Assembly (NCBI GenBank): GCA_010356995.1
Contig: ML996688.1
Span: 682,001-746,000, forward strand
DNA: 64,000 nt
Direction: 5' to 3'
Origin: Trichodelitschia bisporula
Taxonomy: Eukaryota
The translations under genes were made by a program, and so were the position numbers. The notes below the pieces were generated by a model. It saw nothing but the letters and a program-made list of their open reading frames with translations. It made no database searches and was not told the origin of the DNA. Positions 49,007 to 60,005 of this stretch are shown here, in pieces (within the stretch, counting starts at the first letter, position 1; the number at the start of each line of letters is the position of its first letter).

Positions 49007-50743
49007 ATGGACCCTTCGGAAGGCGCAGCTTCGCCCACGCCCAAGTCGCGACCGCCGAGGCACAAGCACTCGAAAAGCGCCGCCGATGACAACGTAAGGC
49101 ACCAACCGAACCGGCGCGATCGAACCAACAGGAACCGCAATCAGCAAAATCGCAACGGTCCCGGTCCTGTGCCTCCTCCCGCGTGGCAGAACGCCGAAAC
49201 GGCCAACGCTCCTGAGGGCTTCTTCGACGCCAACGGAAACTACATTGCGGGGCCGGACAATGGAGGCCCTCCGGCACCGGATTCTGTCAGAAAGGCTAAT
49301 AAGCCACGACCAAACCACGGCAACACTCGTCATGTAAGCAACCCATATCCTTCGGAAATGGCGCAAAGGAAGAGCAACGGCGACACCCGTGTCCAGAATA
49401 AGAGCGCAGCTACGCCGGTGAAGTCATCCCTCTACGCCGGGCCTACGTTCCATTCCTCACCTGCGGCTTCAGCGCTTCCGCTTCCTAAGAAATTCTTCTC
49501 GCAATCTGTCCCTTCCTCCTCTGCGCTTCAGTCCCGCATGGAACAAGAGGCTCCGCAATCTCCCGCGACCGAGTCCCCTCCTTCGGATGCCGCTACACCC
49601 GCTGCAGTGGCTACCTCAATTGCGCCTCGGCCCCCCCAGCACACAGCTTCCCAGCTGGATGCCATCTTCAAGGCGGACCGGGAAGAGAAGGAGAAGAAAT
49701 CGCGAGACGCTCAGAGCGCTGTTACACCCCAAAGCAAGCCCCCGGCCAAGCCATTGTTCACCATGAAGTCGGAGCCTGCTCCGCCGGCCAGCACGACCAA
49801 CTGGTTCACAATCTACGGATCCGGCCAGCAGCAGGTGCGCCAGCGGTCGCCCGAAGACGGCAAGGAGCTCTTCACTTTGGATATGGGTCACGATGCGCGT
49901 GCCAATGGTTCTCCTGCGCGTAGTGTGCTGCCTGGCCCCGCCGCGCAGCGTGCGCCACCCCCGCAGTTCAACTATGGCCCTGGAGCTCAGCAAAGTGTCT
50001 ATTCGTCTCCCAGTCACTCCAGCAGCCAGCCGGTTCTCAACTCGCCTGCCACAATGCCTGCGTTCCGTCACAGCAACAGCGGTGGTCAGCAGGCGTCCCC
50101 TTTCGCGCAGTACGGAGGGTCGCCGTATCCCCCTCGCAGCGCCGGCGCGACACCTCTGCCTTCAGGTCCACAGCTCCACCAGAGTCCTCATCAAGGTCCG
50201 CAGAACAATCAGGGCCCGCAGCTTCACCAGAGTCCTCATCAAGGTCCACAGAACCATCAGGGTCCGCAGAACGGCCACGCCCACAGCTTGTCCTACCACT
50301 ACGGCAACCGTAACTTGTCTACGCTCTTCCAACAAGCTGCGAACCACAGTCCGTCCGTGCGCGCCTCAAACCTGCGCCAGGAAGTTATGCGCCACGACCC
50401 GCCTTTCTCGGCACCGCAACCCGCCAGTGTCGAGCTGCCTGGTAACACTCCTGCTGTCTATGGACACAACAGTCGTCCCCTTTCCAAGGCAGATCAGACG
50501 GCTGCTGCAAAGGATTACCTACGGTCTATCATCCCACCCGTTACGCAAGCGCCTGTTGCGGACATCATGCGGTCGGCGCCTACCACCGGCTACAAGCCTG
50601 TCCCTGTATCGGAGTTGCCCGGCGAGTCGAAGATTTCGGAGGTCGAGGCCCACGCGGTGGTCGGACCAGTCAAGGGCAGAGCTGATCTGAGAAAGATGGA
50701 GGAGGATATGCGTCGGATGTTGAATATTGGTTCAGCGCACTAG
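49007..50743 (+). CDS. Disordered Pro/Gln-rich protein with PNRC/Edc1-type decapping-activator motif
   Basis: 578-aa ORF containing YAGPTFHSSPAASALPLP (YAGxxF plus LPxP); C-terminal MEEDMRRMLNI helix. Confidence 0.75.
   Translation: MDPSEGAASPTPKSRPPRHKHSKSAADDNVRHQPNRRDRTNRNRNQQNRNGPGPVPPPAWQNAETANAPEGFFDANGNYIAGPDNGGPPAPDSVRKANKPRPNHGNTRHVSNPYPSEMAQRKSNGDTRVQNKSAATPVKSSLYAGPTFHSSPAASALPLPKKFFSQSVPSSSALQSRMEQEAPQSPATESPPSDAATPAAVATSIAPRPPQHTASQLDAIFKADREEKEKKSRDAQSAVTPQSKPPAKPLFTMKSEPAPPASTTNWFTIYGSGQQQVRQRSPEDGKELFTLDMGHDARANGSPARSVLPGPAAQRAPPPQFNYGPGAQQSVYSSPSHSSSQPVLNSPATMPAFRHSNSGGQQASPFAQYGGSPYPPRSAGATPLPSGPQLHQSPHQGPQNNQGPQLHQSPHQGPQNHQGPQNGHAHSLSYHYGNRNLSTLFQQAANHSPSVRASNLRQEVMRHDPPFSAPQPASVELPGNTPAVYGHNSRPLSKADQTAAAKDYLRSIIPPVTQAPVADIMRSAPTTGYKPVPVSELPGESKISEVEAHAVVGPVKGRADLRKMEEDMRRMLNIGSAH
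50164..50271 (+). repeat. 48-nt in-frame tandem duplication (GPQLHQSPHQGPQN[N/H]Q x2)
   Basis: Direct repeat visible in both DNA and protein. Confidence 0.85.
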
Positions 50744-51661
50744 CGAGGCGTTCGGACAGTGCACAGTATTTGACGGGTAATTTCGGCGTCTGATCGGATG
50801 GTGCGATGCATTATGAGTTATTTTCGGGTCGGCGTCTTGTATCTGTGTTTCTCTGTGTGCGCTTTGCGGCTCGCGTTTTCTTTTCCGTTGTTCGATGCTC
50901 AGCCATGACTCATGCTCCTTTTCCCGTTCCTTTTCAGGCATCACGTTGCGCGGTGTGGTTGCGCGTTGTTGTACGGATACCCCATCTTCAGTCTTCGTGT
51001 TGTCGGCGGCATTGCGGGATTCCTTTTCGGGACGGGTTGGTTGTTTGGGCTGGCTGGGTTTGGGCTGATCTGGGCATGGCTTGTCGCAATGTGGGACTGC
51101 TGCTGTCTGGCGTTGGGCTACGATGGGAATGGATGACGGTCTTGATGGCTGGAATGCGGCCGGGGATTAGGTGGGTTTGCATGGTGTGTGTTGCCGCTCG
51201 TACTTGCTGAGGGCTGGATCGGCCTCTTGTTTGCTGTTTTCATTGTTGCCTACGGGCTTGTGGACGTTGTGGCGTGCTGATGCTGGCAGTGTGAGATGGC
51301 TCGTCGAGATGGTACTTCAACGAATGGTGTGGTTGTTTATGGCGGTTGGGCGCGGTGTGCGTTCGCATCGTCGGCTGTTGCAGGTGTCCGATGCTCGGTT
51401 TGTGAGCCTGAGCGTCGCGTTGGACACGGTGTCGTGGAGGTGTGTGCCGGGGGGCTGCGAGGAGGCATAAAAAGTCAAAAAATAGGGCGTGGAGGATGGA
51501 TGTCTTTGCCTGCCGTAAGGCGGGCGATAATGGAATTCTTCCGGCCCAAGGGCGTTCCTGTGATATGCGTGAACCGTACCACCAGTGCCATTACGGATTA
51601 CCCGGCCTTCATCCTCAACTCCTCCCTATCTACAGCATTTAATCCGTACAGCATCTACATC

Positions 51662-52979
51662 CTAAGACCCGTCCTCCCCACCCCCCTCCCCAAACGGATA
51701 ATTAAACTTCAACAACCCATTCAACCCCCCAACCCAATGCTCCTCCCCCTCCCCCCTCCCCGGCGCCCTAACCACACTCGGCACACCCCCCACCCACTCC
51801 CCCCCCCTCTTCAACCCCTCCCCCACAGCACAAACCTGCACTCCCCCCCTGAGGCCACCCGCAACCTTAACCCCATCAACACTAACATCCACGCCCCCCC
51901 GCGCCGCCCCACTCAGCCTCAACGTCACGGGTGTGCGCGCGGGTAATACGAGCGGGCGGAAGGAGAGGCTTCTAGCGGCGATGGGGGTTAGGATAAGCGC
52001 GGGGACGAGGGGGTGGACGATTGGCCCGCCTGCCGAGAGGGAGTAGGCGGTTGACCCAGTGGGTGTGGAGATAATCATTCCGTCGGCGACGGCGGTGGTT
52101 AGGTGGCGGTGGTTGAGCGAGATGTCGATCTGCGCGAGGTGCGGCGTGGGCCCGCGATGGAGGAGGACTTCGTTGGTTGCGTAGAGGGTTTGGGATTGGA
52201 TCGGAGGTTCGGTGGAGACGGATGTCTGGGCGGTTGGGTCCGGGCCGATGCGTACTTCCAGGCGTGAGCGGAGCAAAACGCGGGCCCCTCGTGTCGGCCC
52301 CATGGACTTGCCGCGCACGGCAGCCCAGCGCTGCGTCTCTGGGCTGGCATCGGGGCCGAAGTGCGCGTCCGCGCCGCTCATATACACCTCCCTGAAGGCG
52401 CGCTTGTACTCGGCGAACTTCCACTCGCCGAGGAAGCCCAGCGTGCCCATGCTGAAGCTGAGGACGGGAGGGACGGAGGGGCTGTCGCTGAAGAGGGAGG
52501 TTGCGTGGAGGATTGTGCCGTCGCCGCCGAGGGTGGTTGTTAGGTCTACCTTTGAGGCAAGGAGCGGGGGCGGGGCGGTGGGGGGGTAGGTGTGGATTGG
52601 GAAGGGGAGGGAGGTGTGGAGGGTGCTGGCGACGCTGGGTTCGAGGATTAGGTTCGTGCCTGGGTAGGTGGTGTGGATGTGGTGGGCGAAGGAGAGGAGG
52701 TGGGTGGTTATGCTGGGGGTGTTTTCTTTTTTGGTGAGGAGGATGTTGCGGGGGGGGGAGGGCCAGGTTAGGCTAAGGAGGTCGTGGTGGTTGGTTTCTG
52801 TGGGCTGGGGGGTTAGGGATGCTGTTTGGGTTGTGGGGAGGGGGGGGGGGTGGACCTTGGTATCTTGGGTGGATGCGTGGGGGGAGATTGGAGACGTCGA
52901 GGAGTTCGGAGAGGCGGGGGGAGGTGCTGAAGGGGCGGAGGCAGGGCCCGCGGAGGGGCAGCTTCAGGTGTCTTATCAT
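51662..52979 (-). CDS. pos5: Mitochondrial NADH kinase Pos5
   Basis: Presequence MIRHLKLPLRGPCLRPFSTSPRL; intron 52798-52855; TLGGDGTILHA, SFSMGTLGFL, NEVLLHRG and ADGMIISTPTGSTAYSLSAGG. Confidence 0.92.
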
Positions 52980-53449
52980 CGTGGCATTGGGGTGCGGAGC
53001 GGCGCCGGCGGTGGTGGAATTGGATCTCGCGATGCTGTTATCGTGGTGTTGAACTTTTTGATGTCATTCCGGCAGCCAGGCCCATCTTCAGGCACCCACA
53101 AGGCTACCCCGCAGCACTTTGTGGCGGTTGCATGTGGCGTGTCTCAGCTACGCCTCTTTGAAGCCACAACAGCTGGTGATAAGGTGTCAACCCAGGCAGC
53201 CGCCCATGCCGTCGTTGGCTGCACATTGTGTGCGCCTCTTGACTCTTGACGCTTGTCTCGCTTCCTCGTGTTTGCTATAAGTTTGTCCGCATGGCCGTGC
53301 TAGTGGCCTCCCTCCGTTCTAAATCCTAGAACTAGACTCGTCGAACGAACGCCGTGCTTCCTGGCCCCCGCACTGCCGTGTGAGCTGTCACTCGCCGACC
53401 CGTGAGAGGTTACGGTACTCTCAGCTCCTCCCCCATCAACATCGCGATC

Positions 53450-54829
53450 ATGGATGCCGAGGGACTCCGCCAGCGCCCGCTGAGGGCGGCAGAGAATGTA
53501 TCGCATCCTGACATGGCTGAGAAGCACGTCAAGCCCGGGTTACACACGGAAGTCCTAAGGACGATGGCTCTGGTTGGGTACTTCCTCGTCACCTGCATCA
53601 GGTACGTTACCGGCACTGGGCGGAGAAGCTCGCTGATGCGGTTTTTTTTTTGCAGTCTTCACGTCTTCCAGTTTGCTGGCGTGCCCCTCTATTGGAATCA
53701 TAAGGACTTGTACTATGCCTGGATGGCGGTGTCGAAGCAGTGTTTCGGGCTGCTCATCGTCACTCTGACGCAGTGGTGGAGTCCGACGGTCGTGCGTGTC
53801 AGCGGCGATGAGAGCGTAAGGGGACAATTGAGGGCTACGAAGGATGGACGGCTGGAGACACGCTTTCCTGAGCGGATGGTGCTTATTTCAAACCACTCCG
53901 TACGACTACCCCTCTACCCCTCACTTCCTCCAACCTAACGCCCGGCAGATCTACACAGATTGGCTGTACCTATGGTGGGTAGCATACACGAACCGCAACC
54001 ATGGGCACCTCTACATCATCCTCAAGGAGTCGCTCAAGTACATCCCCATCATCGGCCCGGGTATGATGTTCATGAGCTTCATCTTCCTGTCGCGCAACTG
54101 GGCGTCGGACAAACCGCGCTTCCAGCACCGCCTGCGGAAACTCAAGGCTTCACATAAGGGTCCCATGAGCGGTACTCGTGGCGAGCTCGACCCCATGTGG
54201 CTGCTCATTTTCCCAGAGGGCACGAACGTTTCGACTAACGGTCGTGCGGCTAGCAAGCGTTGGGCGGATAAGAAGGGCATCCCGGACCTGCGCCACGCGC
54301 TGCTACCGCGCCATACCGGGTTGCACTACTGCCTCGAGGAGCTGCGCGGCACGGTAGACTGGGTGTACGACTGCACGGTAGCTTACGAAGGCGTCCCGTA
54401 AGTTTCTCGTAGACTATGGGTGTCCAAGCTAACCAATCCCGCAGCCGCGGCCAATACGGGCAGGACATTTACAGCCTTCGGGGCATCTACTTACAAGGCC
54501 ACGCGCCCAAGTCGGTCAACATGCACTGGCGGTGCTTTCTCGTGTCATCAATCCCGAGCGATGAAGAGGCATTCGGGGAGTGGCTACACCAGCGCTGGCT
54601 CGAGAAAGACAACCTGCTCGAGAGCTACATGGTGAACGGGCGGTTCCCGGCGGACGAGGTGAAGGACGGCGGCGCGGGTCACCTCGAGTGCGTGGTTAAG
54701 CCGAGACACCCGCTTGAGTTTCTGCAGATGTTCGTACCACTGGCGGCGCTCGTGTCCATTGTGTGGGCGGTGCGGCGCATGTGGTTCTGGTTTATGGTCA
54801 AGGTCGCCCTGCTGGCGAGCTCGGCTTAG
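53450..54829 (+). CDS. Lysophospholipid acyltransferase (PlsC/LPLAT; Cst26/lysocardiolipin acyltransferase-like)
   Basis: Three introns (~53602-53655, ~53899-53948, ~54397-54443). NHSIYTDW (HX4D), ILKESLKYIPIIG, FIFLSRNW, IFPEGTN, LLPRHTG and VYDCTVAY. Confidence 0.9.
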
Positions 54830-55595
54830 CGCTGGCGATGCCGGTGGATACCCTTTGCTTTCTTTACGTGGGATTTAGGCGGCGAAGAGGCGTTTGGACG
54901 GTATCCGGGTGGGTTACGAGTAGATGTCCACTCTGCGATGTAGTCAATGAAGCGTATGCCAGCTCTGTATGGGGAGTGCGGGGTGCGGGTGTGTGACGAT
55001 AGTGGGGTCTTTGTCTGAAGGCAGGGGGTCTACTTCAGCCGCGCGCTTGCCACCAACCATGACCTTAAGGAAAACCGGGTACCAGGATGCGATCGGATCG
55101 GAGGGCACTGAGTGGTTGCCGCTTTCACACCCCGATAAGTTCGAGGGTCCAGACTAGCGGCACACTGGCGTCACCGTTGCGCACTTTTTTTCTCCGAGTT
55201 GTTAACGCTACAGAGACTCCCCCGCATTAAGTTTTGTCTATCTTCGCAGTGTTGCGCACCGGCTTTTGTGTGCTGGCTCAGTGACGGGTAACTGTAAGTA
55301 GGCTTGTATACCTTCCTGTTTGGGATATCAATCGTTTGGGCGCTGCGCAGGGCTGATTTTGAAGGCGGCGATCTTAGGCTGTGAGCACGAGGGCGTATCA
55401 CTACTGCAAGCCATATGCGCCGTGCTTGACGCTGTGCGAGGACTCTCTTTGTTGAAGAAGGTGCACACTGAGTAATGCCATAGGGCGCAACTGCACTTCA
55501 TCCTTGCGGTACTCATCGATCCTGCCGCCTTTTCTGGCACTGCTGATATGCGTCAGAACACCTCCCACCTCCATCATCGCCACGACATCTCCACC

Positions 55596-57210
55596 ATGGA
55601 CGTCGACGCAGAGAAACGCGGCTACGTGCCCAAACCCCTCGAAACAGGGGCTGAACTGGCCCCATCGCCCTCCTCACATTCTTCCGCTTGCCAACCCACA
55701 GTCATCGATCTCTCCTCCGCCCCACGCCCAGCCACCTCCCTCGCCACCCGCCTCTGGAACAGCATCATAACCACAAACTTTGAGTCAAGAGGGATAGCCC
55801 GTGTCCCCGAGACCGCACGACACCCAGCGACCGCACACACCCTCGGCCGCACCTTCCGCCTCTGGTTCGGCATCAACCTCGCCGCCAACAACATAACGCT
55901 CGGCATCCTCGGCCCAGCCACCTTCGGCCTCTCCTTCCGCGACGCCGCACTCACCGCCGCTCTCGGAGTGCTACCGGGATGCGCCGCCGTCGCTTACACC
56001 GCGTCCTTCGGTCCTCGCTCCGGGCTCCGCACCGTTGTTGCTGCGCGCTTCATCATGGGCTGGTGGCCTGCGCGTCTCGTCGTTATCCTTAACGGGGTCG
56101 TGATGCTCGGGTATGCCCTGATTGACTGCGTGGTGGGTGGGCAGATGCTCGCCGCCGTGGCCCCAGGACTGAGTGTAGTTGTCGGCATTATCATCATTGC
56201 ATTGCTCACGGCGGCAATCACGACACTAGGCTTCGCGCCCTTCGCCCGCTTCGAAACCCACGCTTGGATCCCACAGCTCTTCGTCTTCGCCGTGCTCGCC
56301 GGGTCCGCAGGCCCACGCTTCGATCTCAGCGCTCCGAGCATAGGTGATGCAAGAACGGTCAGGGCCAACCGCGCCTCCTTCTTCAGCATCTGCCTCGCTG
56401 CCGCGATCACCTACGCCGGCGTCGGCGCCGATTACTTCGTGTACGCGCCTGCCCGCACACCGCGCTGGCGTACCGCACTCCCGACGTTCGCGGGCCTGGC
56501 GCTCAGCTTTGCGTTCGCCCTGCTGCTGGGCGTCGGGCTAGGGAGCGGGGTTGCGAGCGATCCGGGGTGGACGGCGGCGCACGATCATGGCCCTGGAGCG
56601 CTGCTCGTGGAAGGGTTCTCGCCGCTGGGTGATTTCGGGCGGGCGTGTGCTATCATCGCCGCGCTGGGCCTGGTCGCGAATACGGTTGCCCCGACATACT
56701 CCGCCGGGATCGGGTGGCAAATGCTGGGCGGGCCATTGGCGCGGGTGCCGCGCGTGGTCTTCAATGGGATCGGGATCGTGGTGTACACGGTTTGTGCCCT
56801 TGCAGGGCGGGGCCGCCTGGCGGAGATTTTTGAGAACTTTTTGGCGCTGATGGGGTACTTTGTTGTTATTCTGATTGCGATTTGGATTTGGGAGCATGGG
56901 CTGTTCCGGAGGCGGAGGGGGTGGCGGTGGGAGGATTGGAGTGATAAGGCAGCGTTGCCGGCGGGGTGGGCGGCGGGGACGGCGTTCCTTGTGGGGTGGG
57001 TTGGGGCGGTGCTGGGGATGAGCCAGGTTTGGTTTGTGGGGCCTATATCGAAGTTGGCCGCGGGGGCGGATGTGAGTCTTCCTTTTGCTGTGATGTGACT
57101 GCTGGATGGAGGCTAATGGCGTACAGTTAGGCAATTATCTCGGCTTTTCGTGGGCGGCGTTAGTGTTTCCGCCGCTAAGGTGGCTGGAGTTGAAGTATTT
57201 GGGGCGGTGA
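55596..57210 (+). CDS. NCS1-family purine-cytosine permease (Fcy2/FcyB-like)
   Basis: FESRGIARVPE, LWFGINL, FGPRSGLR and ADYFVY motifs with multiple TM helices. Intron 57072-57126, last exon LGNYLGFSWAALVFPPLRWLELKYLGR*. Alternative ATG at 55548. Confidence 0.92.
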
Positions 57211-58477
57211 TGAGATGGAGTTGAGGGTGGTAGTGTGGTATGTTAGATATGCAATGGGTACGTTATCATCATGGGAAGGAAGATCCAACATTCTTTGAAC
57301 GTCGGGACCCGGCCCGATATCCCGCTGTCAAAGCACTCAATCTGCCCATCGGGCCGATCGTTCCTGAACCCCTCTCCATGTCCCATCAATCCTCCCGCTC
57401 CGTACCCTGCCTCATCAAACCCGCTCCCCACCCAGGTACCAGGGACGCTCTCTTAATCTAACCTCCGTCGCCGAATTTCCAAGCTCGGCTCGGCATCGCG
57501 GCACTCTAATTGAGAGGGGTTTGCGGGATTGGGGAGCGCGGCGCGGGACGTGCGGAGGGTAGTGCCGAGATAGATTAAGCGTTATTGCGGCCGTTCGCTT
57601 GTTGGACCTTGGACATTGCGGGAAGTGTTTTTCAGCGGCGAATTCCGTGTTTGCAATCTCGATGGAGGGCTGGACTGGCTGCTTTTGCCGGCGGAGTTGT
57701 TGATGATAGAGAAGAGATGGCCGGAGTGTTGGATGCGGAGTGCTGGTGGGCCGGAATCTGGCGGAGAATAGAAGCGAAAGTGCTCCGTTTAGGATGTCAC
57801 AGTACGCGAGCTTCACTTCATAAAGTATGGGGCTTCCGTACTATGCCCTGCGGTTATTGTATCCTGAGAGCCCGGTCACCCGTTTTTGGACACCCGTTCT
57901 CATTTCTGTCCGTCACCATCCCGGCCGGTGATCAGATTCGCACCTGTCAATTCATCTGGCAGATGTACTCGGTTACAGGCGAGCCCTGGTTGGAGTTAAC
58001 GCGCAGCTAGAGAGTACTTGTTTAGGTAAAGATATGGAAGAAATATTGAGGAGGAGGGGGGGTGGAGGTTAGCCTTGTGTGGTTACTCCCTGCCTTCTGA
58101 TTGGCTAGTCGGCGAGCGCCAATCTACATGATCCCCAACGTCATGTCGTGAACTTCTGTACAGCATCGACAACCGAACAGTACGTTGCAATGCACACATC
58201 CCCTCGGGTGGGATGAGATTCGGTCCTTTACGGTCAATTCAACGATGCGAGCTCTCATCACTTCGGTGTCCCTCCACGGACCGTCCACGGCCCGCCGTCA
58301 GCCACCCTTCTTACGAGCCCACATGCCTTAATTACACACTCTAGACGGAAAGCCAATTTCGGACACCGTCATAGCGGCAATATGTGCCCTCAAGTGGTTC
58401 ATAAACATCGTCAGCCCAGGATGCATCTCCGGCGTCGCACATTCCTCAACTCTGTTTTTCTAACCCAACGGGTCACA

Positions 58478-60005
58478 ATGACCAAGTCCCTCGTTTTCTC
58501 AGCGCTCGCGCTGCTGTCCCCCGTCTCAGCACTATGGGCCGCTGATACGCCCATAAAAACCACTAGCGGACCGGTCATCGGCCATGTCGCGGGAAACGTC
58601 ACCGAGTATCTGGGCATTCCGTTCGGCGAGAGCACCGCGGGCGCGAACCGGTTCATGGCGCCGAAGCCGTATAAGAGCGACAAGACCATCACAGCCGCCA
58701 AGTTTGTGAGTTTACCCCGGCTGTGAACTCGCTCCAAAGACTGACAGCGCAAAGGGTCCCGGCTGTCCTTCGCAGCCCCGTCCGGCCGCCGCTCACATGG
58801 CCGAGCTCGCTGCCGGCCCCGTGTCTGAAGACTGCCTCTTCGTGAACGTCTGGACACCCAGCGTTGGTGGAGCTAAGAAGCCCGTGATGCTATGGATCTT
58901 CGGCGGCGGATTTTCGCTCGGCGACGCTTCGACCCCCATGTATAACGGCGCAAAACTGGCGGCGAACCAGGACGTCGTGGTCGCGTCGTTCAATTACCGC
59001 ACCAATATCCTCGGTTTCCCCGGCTCGCCCGATGTGCCGGATCGTAATCCCGCGCTGCTCGATCAGCGCCTCGCGGTTAAGTGGGTCGCGGAGAACATCG
59101 CGGCGTTTGGCGGTGACCCCAAGCGGATCACCCTGTTCGGCGAGAGCGCGGGCGGATCGTCGGTTGACTACTACTCGTATAAGTGGCTGGAGGATCCGCA
59201 TATCAGCGCTTTTATTGCGCAGTCCGGCACGGCCATGATGAGCGGCCCGTTTGCACCGACCACGACGGCCGCGCGCGAGGATGCGTGGTTCAAGACAAGC
59301 GAGAAGCTCGGCTGCGGTGGCAAGTCGGCCGGCAAGACGGCCGTGGCGTGCGTGCAGAAGAAGACGCTGGCGGAGCTGCAGGCCGCCATGCCCGTTCCCA
59401 CCAGCCTTATGGAAGCCGTGGTCGGCTACTTCGGCCCGACGATCGATGATAAGATTATCTTCAGCGACTTCCCCGCGCGCGCTAAGGCGGGCAAGTTCGT
59501 GCAGAAGGTGCGACCCTGCTCCTCCTCCCCTGCATTTCCCCGTACTAATGATCGCCCACAGCCCCTCCTCATCGGCAGTAACCACAACGAATCCACCATG
59601 TTCAGCACCCTCGGCGGTCCCGGCTCCTTCGACGCCGCCGTTGACGTCGCTTTAAACAACGGTTTCCGCTGCGGTACGGCGTGGACGGCAGCCGCGCGTG
59701 CCCTGCACAAGGTGCCTGTCTGGCGCTACCACCTCGCGCTCACGAAGCCGGGCCAGACGATGGGTGCGATGCACGGGTCCGATATCGCACTTGTGTTCGG
59801 CGGTGCGCCGGGCCTGGGCCGCGTGGTGCAGGACGCGTGGGGTGCGTTTGCTAAGGATCCTGTGGGTGGGTTGAAGAGGCTGGGTTGGCCGGGGTATGAG
59901 CCGAAGGGGAATACGCTTGTTCGGCTTGGGTATGAGGGCGCGGTTAAGCCGGAGTTTGTGCAGGCGGTGCTGTATGATACTGCGTGCCCTGCGTCGCCGA
60001 TTTGA
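58478..60005 (+). CDS. Secreted type-B carboxylesterase (cholinesterase-like alpha/beta hydrolase)
   Basis: Signal peptide; YLGIPF, SEDCLFVNVW, WIFGGGF, FGGDPKRITLFGESAG (Ser), NHNE (Glu) and AMHGSD (His); introns 58706-58754 and 59508-59561. Confidence 0.93.
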
